Assembly (NCBI GenBank): GCA_016183245.1
Contig: JACPEY010000011.1
Location: 5,568 to 69,567, forward strand
Direction of reading: 5' to 3'
DNA from: Candidatus Daviesbacteria bacterium
Lineage (GTDB): Bacteria > Patescibacteriota > Microgenomatia > Daviesbacterales > UBA10151
Length of the DNA: 64,000 bases
Shown: one piece after another, positions 37,863 to 47,509 of the stretch
Numbering within the stretch: the first letter of the stretch is position 1
How the letters are laid out: each line of letters opens with the position of its first letter
Made by a program: the position numbers and the translations under genes
Notes under the pieces: generated by a model
Database searches by the model: none
Told to the model about the DNA's origin: nothing
Seen by the model: the letters and a program-made list of their open reading frames with translations, nothing else

Positions 37863-38534
37863 CTATTCCTGTACGAGATGTTGAATTTTATGAAGTTGTC
37901 TTTGATAATCGGCATGGTCTTCGATAAATTTTTGATAAACCTTAGGATTTATGAAAAGGCTCATTATTATATCTAAATTACAAATCTCAGCCTTATTACT
38001 TAGATATTCAGAGAGGGATGACCAGGGATATGCAAATAAGGTATTTAGATCCTTTACGACGTAGGAGGTATAGGGATTGAGATGAATGTATCTTGAAATG
38101 TGTATTAACTGTTCATCAGTTATGATTAGTTTAGCTTTAAATTGATCTAAGAAGAGTGATCCATCGCGTTCTCTTTTAGTATTAGAATATCTAGTGTAGC
38201 TATTTTGAAAATTCCCCAAAAATTTAGAAATTCCCTTATCTTTAATTTGTTTTATTAAAAAATGGAAATGATTTGGCATTAAACAAAAAGCCAGAATTTC
38301 TACAAGCTTATCATCTTCTTTCCTCAAATTATCCATAATTTTTGTCCGGTCATCATTTGAAAGTGTTAGAAATTTTGATAATTTAGCGGGAAGATTGCTG
38401 AATCTATAGAAGTCGATTACAAGCCTTGCTCTTTTGTATTCCAGTTTATCTAAGAAAGTTGGTTGATGATTTATCCCACGGTTAAAAACATGATAAATTT
38501 GGTCATTAACTAAAGGTGTTAATCTACCCGGCAT
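37863..38534 (-). CDS. REP-associated tyrosine transposase (IS200-like Y1/HUH)
   Basis: YHVFNRG, AFCLMPNHFHFL (HUH), YIHLNP (catalytic Tyr), YPWSS. Likely start MPGR at 38534. Confidence 0.9.
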   Translation of the reverse strand: MPGRLTPLVNDQIYHVFNRGINHQPTFLDKLEYKRARLVIDFYRFSNLPAKLSKFLTLSNDDRTKIMDNLRKEDDKLVEILAFCLMPNHFHFLIKQIKDKGISKFLGNFQNSYTRYSNTKRERDGSLFLDQFKAKLIITDEQLIHISRYIHLNPYTSYVVKDLNTLFAYPWSSLSEYLSNKAEICNLDIIMSLFINPKVYQKFIEDHADYQRQLHKIQHLVQE

Positions 38535-38541
38535 ATTTCTT

Positions 38542-38570
38542 AGAATAACCCTGATATCCCTAGGTGTCAA
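38542..38570 (-). promoter_or_regulatory. Sigma-70 promoter of the RAYT with -35 inside the repeat
   Basis: Minus strand TTGACA-17 nt-TATTCT-7 nt-ATG. Confidence 0.7.
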
Positions 38571-38598
38571 TAGAAATCCACCCCCCAGGTGGACTATA

Positions 38599-39051
38599 CT
38601 ATTCAGATTCAATACTGCCGGAGCCTTCCTGTTCTTTGTTGACTTGTGGGGGTTCTTCTCTTAGAAAATATTGAATTGTTGGATCATCTTCTTCCCATTT
38701 TTTTATTTTTTCGCGGGCTTCAGTGTTTAAATCGCGTCCTGCAACGGGGATTATTTCCTTTCCCAATCTGTTTAGGATTCCTAATACTTTAGGATCAGCA
38801 ATAGTTTCTCCTGTAACCGGATCCAAGTCTTCATAACTAACCGCAATTTCATCAAATGGGAGTTCTAATGCTCCTTGTAAAGGTATACTGGAAAAATGGC
38901 CTGTCTCCTTCCTTAATTTTTGTGCTTCCTCAATTGACAAAGTTCCTCTTGCTACCCCTAAAGGAATATAAGGATTTGAGGGTTTTTCTTCCTCATTAAG
39001 AGTCCCTCCCTGTAAAGTAATTTCCTGATAGGTTTTAAAGTCAAGTGCCAT
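38599..39051 (-). CDS. Hypothetical protein
   Basis: Likely start MALDFK at 39051; the longer call overlaps uvrA. Confidence 0.55.
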   Translation of the reverse strand: MALDFKTYQEITLQGGTLNEEEKPSNPYIPLGVARGTLSIEEAQKLRKETGHFSSIPLQGALELPFDEIAVSYEDLDPVTGETIADPKVLGILNRLGKEIIPVAGRDLNTEAREKIKKWEEDDPTIQYFLREEPPQVNKEQEGSGSIESE

Positions 39052-39178
39052 ATACTTAGTATAATTTATTTGATCACGCTCTGCTACTTCACTCTTTAAT
39101 AATCTTGCAAAATGGGGTAAAATAATAGTTTGATTTTTCGAAGAAAAATAGTCCCACGGTTTATTTTTCGGGGAAAAT

Positions 39179-42100
39179 ATGGCTATAGACAAAATTACTA
39201 TTAAAGGTGCTAGAGAACATAATTTAAAAAATATTGACCTGGAAATTCCTAAGAACAAGTTAGTGGTTTTAACCGGGATCTCCGGTTCAGGCAAGTCTTC
39301 CCTGGCTTTTGATACCCTTTATGCCGAAGGTCAAAGAAGGTATGTAGAATCTTTATCTTCCTATGCCCGGCAGTTTTTGGGAGTCATGGATAAGCCTGAT
39401 GTAGATTTGATTGAAGGTCTTTCTCCTGCGATTTCTATTGACCAAAAAGGTGTCTCACACAATCCTCGCTCTACAGTTGGAACCACCACGGAAATTTACG
39501 ATTATTTAAGGCTTTTATTTGCCCGGGTTGGCCATCCTCATTGTCCTGTATGCGGTAGGGAAGTTGCCAAGATGAGCGTAGAGCAAATTACTCAACTTGT
39601 CATTCTGGGGAGAAGCGGAGCGACGACTCCAGAATCTATTACTAAGGATTCTGGACAAGCCAGAATGACAAAAAGGGGCAGGAGAATAATGATTTTGGCG
39701 CCGGTGGTTAAAGACAGGAAAGGCGAGTACAGCCAGTTATTTGAAGATTTCAGGAAAAAAGGGTTTTCTAAAGTCAGGGTTGGCGGATATATAATAGACC
39801 TGGCTGATGATTTGGTATTAATTAAAACAAATAAGCATACGATTGATCTGGTTGTAGATAGGCTTGTTTTAGATAAGAGTGTCATTCTGGGAGTCCCGAC
39901 GAAGTCGCGGACGACACCAGAATCAACGAATCAGTTAGATTCTGGACGCGCCCCTTCAGGGCCTGCCAGAATGACAAAAGAAAGTAAAGATAGTACTCAA
40001 GCAGACAATATTTACTCAAGATTGTCACAAAGCATTGAGACAGCGCTTAAATTTGGTGAGGGATCAGTGATAGTTTCTGATGTGCTGGATGCTTCTTTGG
40101 AATTCCCTCAAAATCCTAAAAAAATGGAGGACCATCTTTACTCGGAAAGATTTGCCTGTCCTGTAGACAATATCTCGCTGAGCGAGATTGAACCCAGACT
40201 TTTGTCTTTTAACTCTCCTCACGGAGCCTGTCCAAAATGTTCAGGATTAGGGAATCTTTTAGAAATTGATGCAGCTACAATTTTAAATCCAATTCTCTCT
40301 ATAGCAGAGGGCGGAATTCTGCCTATGTCAAAGCTTGCCACAAGTGATACCTGGTATACAAGGCTTATTGAAGCAGTGGGTAAAAAATATGGCTTTGATA
40401 CAAATACAAGGCTGGGGAATCTGACAGCTGAAGCCAAAAAGATATTGCTTTATGGTGGCGCAGATGAAGAATTTAAAGTAGAAGGCAGGAACAGACAGGG
40501 GAAGTGGACTCATTTTTATTCTGAATTTGCCGGGCTGGTGCCTTATCTTAAGGAAAGATATACAACAACTGAGTCGGATTTTGTTAAGGCCGAAATTGAA
40601 AAATATATGGTCAAAGAAACCTGTCCGAAGTGTAAAGGAGCAAGACTTAAAGATGAAGCACTTTCAATAACTATAGATGGATTAAACATTGCAGAAGTTA
40701 CCAGCCAGTCAATTGTTCAGGCTTTGGACTGGATCAAAAGAATTTCCGCTCGTAATGATGGGAAGGTATTAAGTGAGCGTGAGGCACAGATAGCAAGTCC
40801 TATTTTAAAAGAAATTAATGCCAGGTTGCAGTTTTTGATTGATGTGGGATTGGATTATCTGACTTTAGACAGGGCTGCCATGACTCTGGCGGGAGGAGAA
40901 TCACAAAGGATCAGGCTTGCTTCCCAGATCGGTTCAGGGCTTTCCGGAGTATTGTATGTTTTAGACGAGCCTTCAATAGGGTTGCATCAAAGGGATAATA
41001 CCAGGTTGATTGAAACTTTAAAAAAACTCAGGAATCTGGGTAATACTGTGATTGTTAATGAACATGATGCTGAAACAATGGAGGCATCGGATCTTCTGAT
41101 CGAAATTGGTCCGGGAGCCGGTGAACACGGCGGGCAGATTGTAGCTATAGGAACGCCTGATGAAATTAAGAAAAATCCCGCATCGACAACCGGCCAGTAT
41201 TTATCCGGAAATAAAAAAGTCGGAGCAAATATTCTTCAAGCACAGCGAGAATCTTCCTTAAAAACTATTAATAAATATGTGCTTAAAATTTTGGGTGCTT
41301 CTGAACATAACTTAAAAAATATTGACGTTTCTTTCCCCCTGGGAAAATTTATAGTAATTACAGGTGTTTCCGGTTCAGGTAAATCAACTTTAATTCATGA
41401 TATTTTATTTAAAGCTCTAGCCCAAAAAGTTTACCGCTCCAGGGAAAAACCCGGGCTGCATAGGGGCCTGGAAGGAACAGAGAATATAGATAAGGTAGTA
41501 TTGGTAGACCAGTCGCCTATTGGCCGCACTCCCCGTTCAAATCCGGCTACATATACCGGGGCATTTACCCACATCCGGGAGCTGTTTGCCCAAAGCCCGG
41601 AAGCAAAAATCAGAGGCTATAACCCGGGCAGATTTTCCTTTAATGTCAAAGGAGGAAGGTGTGAAGTTTGTGAGGGAGAGGGTACTTTAAAGATTGAGAT
41701 GCAGTTTTTACCGGATGTGTATGTAAGTTGTGAGTCATGTAACGGAGCAAGGTATAACAGGGAAGCTTTGGAAATCTATTTTAAGGAGAAAAATATTGCC
41801 CAGGTTCTGGATATGACGGTTGAAACTGCTTTAAAGTTTTTTGAAAATATTCCTCAGGTTAAAAACAAGCTGCAGGTTTTATTTGATGTGGGGTTGGGGT
41901 ACATTAAGCTGGGACAGCCTGCACCTACTCTTTCAGGAGGAGAAGCCCAAAGGATTAAACTTTCTTCAGAATTATCAAAACGTTCTACAGGACAAACAGT
42001 ATATATTCTTGATGAACCTACAACAGGCTTGCATTTTGCCGATATCGAAAGACTTCTAATGATCCTGAGGAAGTTAGTTAATGTGGGGAATACAGTAATA

Positions 42101-42265
42101 ATAATAGAACATAACCTGGATGTGATAAAAAATACTGACTGGGTAATAGATTTAGGCCCTGAAGGCGGAGACAAGGGGGGGAAAATTGTCGCCCAAGGTA
42201 CTCCTGTCCAAATTGCCAAAATTAAAGATTCTTACACCGGCATGTATCTTGCAAAAATACTTTAA
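39179..42265 (+). CDS. uvrA: Excinuclease ABC subunit A
   Basis: Two Walker A motifs (GxSGSGKS), Zn fingers, L(A/S)GGE signatures. Confidence 0.98.
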   Translation: MAIDKITIKGAREHNLKNIDLEIPKNKLVVLTGISGSGKSSLAFDTLYAEGQRRYVESLSSYARQFLGVMDKPDVDLIEGLSPAISIDQKGVSHNPRSTVGTTTEIYDYLRLLFARVGHPHCPVCGREVAKMSVEQITQLVILGRSGATTPESITKDSGQARMTKRGRRIMILAPVVKDRKGEYSQLFEDFRKKGFSKVRVGGYIIDLADDLVLIKTNKHTIDLVVDRLVLDKSVILGVPTKSRTTPESTNQLDSGRAPSGPARMTKESKDSTQADNIYSRLSQSIETALKFGEGSVIVSDVLDASLEFPQNPKKMEDHLYSERFACPVDNISLSEIEPRLLSFNSPHGACPKCSGLGNLLEIDAATILNPILSIAEGGILPMSKLATSDTWYTRLIEAVGKKYGFDTNTRLGNLTAEAKKILLYGGADEEFKVEGRNRQGKWTHFYSEFAGLVPYLKERYTTTESDFVKAEIEKYMVKETCPKCKGARLKDEALSITIDGLNIAEVTSQSIVQALDWIKRISARNDGKVLSEREAQIASPILKEINARLQFLIDVGLDYLTLDRAAMTLAGGESQRIRLASQIGSGLSGVLYVLDEPSIGLHQRDNTRLIETLKKLRNLGNTVIVNEHDAETMEASDLLIEIGPGAGEHGGQIVAIGTPDEIKKNPASTTGQYLSGNKKVGANILQAQRESSLKTINKYVLKILGASEHNLKNIDVSFPLGKFIVITGVSGSGKSTLIHDILFKALAQKVYRSREKPGLHRGLEGTENIDKVVLVDQSPIGRTPRSNPATYTGAFTHIRELFAQSPEAKIRGYNPGRFSFNVKGGRCEVCEGEGTLKIEMQFLPDVYVSCESCNGARYNREALEIYFKEKNIAQVLDMTVETALKFFENIPQVKNKLQVLFDVGLGYIKLGQPAPTLSGGEAQRIKLSSELSKRSTGQTVYILDEPTTGLHFADIERLLMILRKLVNVGNTVIIIEHNLDVIKNTDWVIDLGPEGGDKGGKIVAQGTPVQIAKIKDSYTGMYLAKIL
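39599..39670 (+). repeat. Family B element 1 in uvrA (24 codons)
   Basis: GTCATTCTGG...CCAGAATC...GATTCTGG...CCAGAATGAC encodes VILGRSGATTPESITKDSGQARMT. Confidence 0.92.
39881..39976 (+). repeat. Family B element 2 in uvrA (32 codons)
   Basis: Same ends; encodes VILGVPTKSRTTPESTNQLDSGRAPSGPARMT. Confidence 0.92.
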
Positions 42266-42288
42266 GAAGATTTTTTGTTACAATTAGT

Positions 42289-44205
42289 TTGATGATTAAC
42301 AGAATATTTACAGCATCTATTTTTTTATTCCTCTTGATCCTGCCTCAAAGAGTATACGCTATTTCTGATCAACCTTCTGCCAAAGCCGGGTTTGCAACTT
42401 CTTATGATGTTTTGTATGACGTTAATGAAAGCGGAATAACTACGGTTACTGAAAAAGTTACTTTAAAGAATTTAACTTCAGAATACTATGCTAATCAATT
42501 TAAGTTAACTACGGGCGCTACGCAAATTTCCGACATTAAAGCCACTGATCCGGGAGGAGCGCTGGAAGTAACTCAAGAACAAAAGGACACAACAACCACC
42601 ATCGGAGTTAAATTTAATCAGCAGGTAGCAGGTTTAGGAAAAACCCTACCCTGGGTAATCTCTTTTAAATCAAAAGACTTTGCCGAAAAATCCGGTAAAG
42701 TTTGGGAAGTAAGGGTTCCAAAAGTTTCCTCGACTTCAAATCTGGAAAGCTATAATTTGACACTAGCTGTTCCGCAAAGCTTTGGCGAGCCTTCATTAAT
42801 CAGCCCGATCCCCAAAAGCCAGACTATTTCTGCGGGTAAAATATTTTTGACTTTTGAAAAAGACCAGCTGCTCAATTCCGGGATTTCAGCAAATTTCGGC
42901 AACATCCAGCTTTTTGATTTTGATCTTTCATACCACCTTGAGAATAATAACTGGATGCCGATTTTAACAAGCATTGCTTTGCCGCCTGATACATCATTTC
43001 AGGATGTAATTTATCAGCGAATAGAGCCAAGCCCTTTGAATGTGACAGTGGATAACGACGGTAATTACCTGGCCTGGTTTAAGCTTAACCGGGGACAGAA
43101 ATTAGATGTAAAAGCAATTGGTTCTGCCAAACTTTATACAAATTCCAAGGTTAAAAATCCTTTTTTGGATGAAAGCTTGAAGAAAAAATATACCGAATCC
43201 AATAAATATTGGGAGAAAGATAACCCTCAGATTATAAATAAATTAAATGAAATATTAGGTGACAGCGTTACGGCTGATGCGGAGACTAAAGCCAGGCTAA
43301 TCTTCCGCTTTGTGGTAAATTACTTAAAATATGACCCTTCAAGGTTAAAAGACAGCAATATTGAGAGATTAGGAGCTGTGACAGCGCTTGCAAACCCGGA
43401 TTCAGCTGTTTGTATGGAATTTACTGATCTATTCATAGCGCTTGCACGGACTGCTGGAATTCCGGCCCGGGAACTGGACGGTTATGCCTATACTTCAAAT
43501 ACTGCTTTGCGGCCCCTTTCGTTAACAAAAGATATTTTGCATGCCTGGCCGGAATATTGGGACGAGCGGCGGGGATGGGTGATGGTAGACCCGACCTGGG
43601 AAAATACCACCGGAGGAGTTGATTATTTCAGCAAGCTTGATCTAAACCACTTTGTTTTTGTTATAAAGGGTTTTTCTTCCTCTGAGCCTATCGCGGCAGG
43701 TTCTTATAAATACACAGGTCAGGATAGCCGTGATGTGCAGGTGGCTTTGTCAGAAATTGATTTCTTGGGCCATCCGCAAATTGATGTGCAAATTGATGTG
43801 CCAAACCCTTTTATGTCCGGCCTTCCCGGGATAGTTAAGTTAAAAATCAAAAATACCGGTAATGCTGTTTATCCGTCCGTTCCGCTTACAATTGCAGCTG
43901 AAAAATTACTTATTCTTAACTCAGAAGGCCAAAATTCCGGTTTAATTCCGCCTTTCGGAGTTTCAGAGTTTAGTTTCAATACCCGGACTAAATCTTTGCT
44001 TAATTCATATAGTGATCAGATTTACGTTTTATTAGGGTCACAAAAATTTACTAAGGATATTGTAATTGGGCCTTTCTTATTATTTCAAACAATGCCGATT
44101 ATGATCGGTGTGGTTGGAGCGCTGATGTTTTTAATTTATCTGACAGTTTTAGGAATCCATATCTACCGCAGGAAGAAAAAAAGCCATAAGCGGGCTGGAA
44201 AATAG
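42289..44205 (+). CDS. Transglutaminase-like domain surface protein
   Basis: AVCMEFTDLF, HAWPE, VDPTW triad; signal peptide and C-terminal TM. Confidence 0.88.
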   Translation: MMINRIFTASIFLFLLILPQRVYAISDQPSAKAGFATSYDVLYDVNESGITTVTEKVTLKNLTSEYYANQFKLTTGATQISDIKATDPGGALEVTQEQKDTTTTIGVKFNQQVAGLGKTLPWVISFKSKDFAEKSGKVWEVRVPKVSSTSNLESYNLTLAVPQSFGEPSLISPIPKSQTISAGKIFLTFEKDQLLNSGISANFGNIQLFDFDLSYHLENNNWMPILTSIALPPDTSFQDVIYQRIEPSPLNVTVDNDGNYLAWFKLNRGQKLDVKAIGSAKLYTNSKVKNPFLDESLKKKYTESNKYWEKDNPQIINKLNEILGDSVTADAETKARLIFRFVVNYLKYDPSRLKDSNIERLGAVTALANPDSAVCMEFTDLFIALARTAGIPARELDGYAYTSNTALRPLSLTKDILHAWPEYWDERRGWVMVDPTWENTTGGVDYFSKLDLNHFVFVIKGFSSSEPIAAGSYKYTGQDSRDVQVALSEIDFLGHPQIDVQIDVPNPFMSGLPGIVKLKIKNTGNAVYPSVPLTIAAEKLLILNSEGQNSGLIPPFGVSEFSFNTRTKSLLNSYSDQIYVLLGSQKFTKDIVIGPFLLFQTMPIMIGVVGALMFLIYLTVLGIHIYRRKKKSHKRAGK

Positions 44206-44206
44206 T

Positions 44207-45478
44207 ATGCTCCCTGCTTTTATAGACCAGTCTAAAATTCCTCATAAGCCCGGAGTTTATGTTTACAAAAACAATAAGGGAGAGGTTTTATATGTTGGTA
44301 AAGCCATAGATTTATACCATCGTGTTTCTTCATATTTTCATTCATCGCGCCTGGATTTAAAAACCAGGAACCTGGTGGAAAGAATAAAAGAAGTAGAAAC
44401 AGTTATAGTGGAATCCGAAATTGAAGCATTGATTCTTGAGGCAAATCTTATCAAGAAATATCTGCCTTTATTTAATATAAAACTTATTGATGATAAGGAT
44501 TATTTGTATATTGCAGTAACTAAAGACAATTTTCCAAAAATTATTACAGCAAGAAAAAAGGACCTTGGTTTAGTAAGGAAATATTGGGGGCCGTTTCCAT
44601 CTGGTAAAACCGTGCGCGAAACCTTAAAATCCTTAAGAAGAATCTTTCCCTGGTGTGCAAATATAACGTCACCCCAGGGGCGGCAAAAGAAGCGACCGTG
44701 TTTTTACTACCATATTGGTCTATGCCCGGGGGTTTGTGCAGGAGTAATATCGCAGAAAGACTTTAATAAAATTATCAGCAACTTCTCCAAATTTATGGAT
44801 GGCAAAAAAGAACAACTGTTAGCTCAACTGAGCGAAGAGATGACAGAGGCAGCCCATAGACAGCAATTTGAAGAAGCTGCAAAGGTCAAAAAAATCATTG
44901 CAGGAATTAATTATCTGACCCAATCCAACAGGACAAAGCTTTACCTGGAAAACCCTAACTTTTTGGAGGAAGAAACAAAGCTGGCTTTAGAGGAATTGAA
45001 GGAAGATTTAGGTTTGGTAAAACTTCCGGAAAGGATTGAAGGCTATGATATTTCAAATATTTCCGGAAAAGAGGCTACAGGTTCGATGGTTGTTTTAACT
45101 TCCGGAGAGGTAGATAAATCGCAATACAGAAAGTTTAAGATAAGAATTTCGGGAAGGCCAAATGATGTAGGTATGATGTGTGAGATGGTCAGAAGAAGAT
45201 TTACCCATAAAGACTGGGCGATGCCTGATTTAATTCTTGTTGATGGTGGAAAGCCACAGGTTAATGGGACGAAATTAGAAATTAGAAATTTGAAATTAGA
45301 AATTCCTCTTTTTGGTTTAGCCAAAAAAAGGGAATGGTTGTATTCGCCTGAAGGAAAAGAGCTGAAGCTGCCTAAAAAAAGCTTGGCCTTAAAATTGCTG
45401 CAAAAGCTCAGGGATGAAGCCCACAGGTTTGCTTTAAGTTATCACAGGAAATTACGTGGTAATATATTATTTAAATGA
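44207..45478 (+). CDS. uvrC: Excinuclease ABC subunit C (no HhH tail)
   Basis: PGVY...YVGKA GIY-YIG, UVR, IEGYDISN, VDGGKPQ, RDEAHRFA. Confidence 0.95.
   Translation: MLPAFIDQSKIPHKPGVYVYKNNKGEVLYVGKAIDLYHRVSSYFHSSRLDLKTRNLVERIKEVETVIVESEIEALILEANLIKKYLPLFNIKLIDDKDYLYIAVTKDNFPKIITARKKDLGLVRKYWGPFPSGKTVRETLKSLRRIFPWCANITSPQGRQKKRPCFYYHIGLCPGVCAGVISQKDFNKIISNFSKFMDGKKEQLLAQLSEEMTEAAHRQQFEEAAKVKKIIAGINYLTQSNRTKLYLENPNFLEEETKLALEELKEDLGLVKLPERIEGYDISNISGKEATGSMVVLTSGEVDKSQYRKFKIRISGRPNDVGMMCEMVRRRFTHKDWAMPDLILVDGGKPQVNGTKLEIRNLKLEIPLFGLAKKREWLYSPEGKELKLPKKSLALKLLQKLRDEAHRFALSYHRKLRGNILFK
45271..45304 (+). repeat. Heptamer tandem repeat (GAAATTW, about 5 copies) in uvrC
   Basis: GAAATTAGAAATTAGAAATTTGAAATTAGAAATT. 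Confidence 0.8.
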
Positions 45479-45876
45479 AAACCCTGCTCAGGTATTTTTT
45501 AATAAATCTTGTTTCTTTATGGATAGTAACTAAAATAATTCCAGGCCTGACTTATACAGGCGGAATAAGAAGCTTGCTTTTGGGGGGATTAGCATTCATG
45601 GCAATTAATTTCCTACTAGTTCCTATGTTAAAGATCCTGTTTTTACCGCTTAATCTTTTGACCTTGGGGCTTTTTGCCTGGATTACCAATGTTTTGGCCC
45701 TTTATGCTTTGACTACGTTAGTTTCTGATTTCCGGCTGGTACCTTATGTCTTTCCGGGCTTAAATTATAACGGCCTGATATTACCGGCACTGGATTTGTC
45801 CCCTTTTTTAGTGGCAGTGGCTGCATCATTTTTAATCGGAATGATTACCCATTTCCTCCAGTGGCTGAGCCATTAA
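45475..45876 (+). CDS. 4-TM phage-holin-family (YvlD-like) membrane protein
   Basis: N..L.P.LKIL.LPLNLLTLGLF.WI.N motif. Confidence 0.85.
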   Translation: MKTLLRYFLINLVSLWIVTKIIPGLTYTGGIRSLLLGGLAFMAINFLLVPMLKILFLPLNLLTLGLFAWITNVLALYALTTLVSDFRLVPYVFPGLNYNGLILPALDLSPFLVAVAASFLIGMITHFLQWLSH

Positions 45877-45900
45877 TAATTGTGTATAATGCTTGAATAT

Positions 45901-46116
45901 ATGAAATCAATAGTCTCTGTGATTCAAATTGTTCTGGGGATTCTACTAATTCTGGTAATTATCATCCAGCAAAAAGGTTCAGGTTTGGGAACAAGTTTTG
46001 GCGGAGATATGTCTTTTTACCGTACTAAAAGAGGTGCCGAGAAGATGCTGTTTTACGCGACCATTGGAATTGCTGTTGCTTTTATAATCTTCTCGCTGAT
46101 TGGATTAATTTTTTAA
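45901..46116 (+). CDS. secG: Preprotein translocase subunit SecG
   Basis: IIIQQKGSGLG.SFGG...TKRGAEK.L. Confidence 0.9.
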   Translation: MKSIVSVIQIVLGILLILVIIIQQKGSGLGTSFGGDMSFYRTKRGAEKMLFYATIGIAVAFIIFSLIGLIF

Positions 46117-46124
46117 TATTTTCT

Positions 46125-47507
46125 ATGAACTTAAAGTCTCTAAGACTATACCTCTTAATTATTTTAGAGTATTTAAAAAGGAAAAAGTGGCTGATTATTG
46201 GAGGAATACTGGGAATAATTGTAATAGTTGCCATTCAATTGAAATTTAACCTTTTAAATTCAGAGGAAGTTTTACGGGTCGGTTTAATAGGTACTTATCA
46301 GGAACACGATCTACCGGAAGAATTAACAAAACTTATTTCAGCTCCTTTAGTTGAGGCAAGCAGTGATGGTAGGATAAAACCTAAGTTGGTAAAAGGATGG
46401 GAGGTCAATAATGATGCTACCCAGTTTAAATTTAAATTAAAGGATGATATTAAATGGTCTGATAATAGTCCTGTTAAATCTACTGATTTAGAATTTGGTA
46501 TTCCTAATGTCAGCGTTTCCTACCCTGATGATAAAACAATCCAATTTAACCTCAAAGAATCTTATTCTCCTTTGCCATCACTTTTGACAAAACCTACTTT
46601 TAAAAAAGGTACCCTATTTGGGGTTGGGCCGTACAGGGTTGCAAAGGTTGAAAAAAGCAGGATTTTTATTACAAAAATTATCCTGCAGCCGGATAACCCC
46701 GAGTTGCCGCAAGTGCATATTCGTTTCTACCCGAGTGAAAAAGTAGCTTTGACAGGTTTTAATTTAGGAGAGGTGCAACTTCTTTTAGGATTTAGTAATC
46801 CTAAACTTATTAATGCAAACCCTTTAATTGATATTAAGCAAACAATTGATTATTCAAAAATTGTCACAATTTTTTTTCAAACTGAAGATCCTTTGCTCAA
46901 GAACCGGTCACTCCGTCAGGCTTTGTCTTATCAAACTTCTGAGGTTGGAGGAGAGCAAGTTGCCAATAATCCTTATCCGCCAAATTATTGGGTTTATGAT
47001 GCGTTTGCAAAGAAATATCTATCTAATCCTGAAGAAGCCCAGGCAGCTCTTGAGCGGGCAAAATCCCAGCTTTCGGATGACCAATTGCATTCAGAAATAG
47101 TTCTGACAGCTATCCCAAATCTGGAAGAGGTAGGAAAAGCGGTTGTGGAATCCTGGAAAAAATTGGGGTTTGATGCAAAGCTGCGCGTAGAATCCGGCAT
47201 ACCGCAAAACTTTCAGGCACTCCTGATTACACAAAGCATTCCTATTGACCCTGACCAGTATTTTTTATGGCATGCAACCCAGGCAAAAACTAATTTAACC
47301 AAATACAACTCAAAAAGAGTAGATAAAGATTTGGAGGATGGCAGAAAAATTATTACGGAGGATGAGAGAAAAGCTAAGTATTTCGATTTTCAAAAAATAC
47401 TGCTGGAAGATGCCCCTGCAGCCTTCCTTTATTTCCCAAAATACAACATAGTCTCTTTAAAAAAAGTTGAACCTGTATTGAATAAAGTCTTAAACTTGCT
47501 GAGGTAA
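46125..47507 (+). CDS. ABC substrate-binding protein family 5
   Basis: F.LK..IKWSD..P, GVGPY, R.AL, Q.ILLEDAPAAFLY. Confidence 0.85.
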   Translation: MNLKSLRLYLLIILEYLKRKKWLIIGGILGIIVIVAIQLKFNLLNSEEVLRVGLIGTYQEHDLPEELTKLISAPLVEASSDGRIKPKLVKGWEVNNDATQFKFKLKDDIKWSDNSPVKSTDLEFGIPNVSVSYPDDKTIQFNLKESYSPLPSLLTKPTFKKGTLFGVGPYRVAKVEKSRIFITKIILQPDNPELPQVHIRFYPSEKVALTGFNLGEVQLLLGFSNPKLINANPLIDIKQTIDYSKIVTIFFQTEDPLLKNRSLRQALSYQTSEVGGEQVANNPYPPNYWVYDAFAKKYLSNPEEAQAALERAKSQLSDDQLHSEIVLTAIPNLEEVGKAVVESWKKLGFDAKLRVESGIPQNFQALLITQSIPIDPDQYFLWHATQAKTNLTKYNSKRVDKDLEDGRKIITEDERKAKYFDFQKILLEDAPAAFLYFPKYNIVSLKKVEPVLNKVLNLLR

Positions 47508-47509
47508 GC

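Larger units (their letters stand above)
37806..38592 (-). mobile_element. RAYT-type unit: Y1/HUH transposase between inverted family A elements
   Basis: 35-bp elements at 37806-37840 and 38558-38592, inverted, directly flank the transposase ORF. Confidence 0.85.

Noticed and set aside
38535-38612. N-terminal extension of the RAYT ORF (MNLNSIVHLGGG...)
   Set aside because: It is a read-through of the flanking repeat and promoter; MPGR at 38534 is the better start.
39052-39294. Long version of ORF 38599-39294
   Set aside because: It overlaps the uvrA start on the opposite strand.
45475-45876. Prophage, suggested by the holin-family gene
   Set aside because: It is embedded among uvrC and secG with no phage structural genes or integrase.
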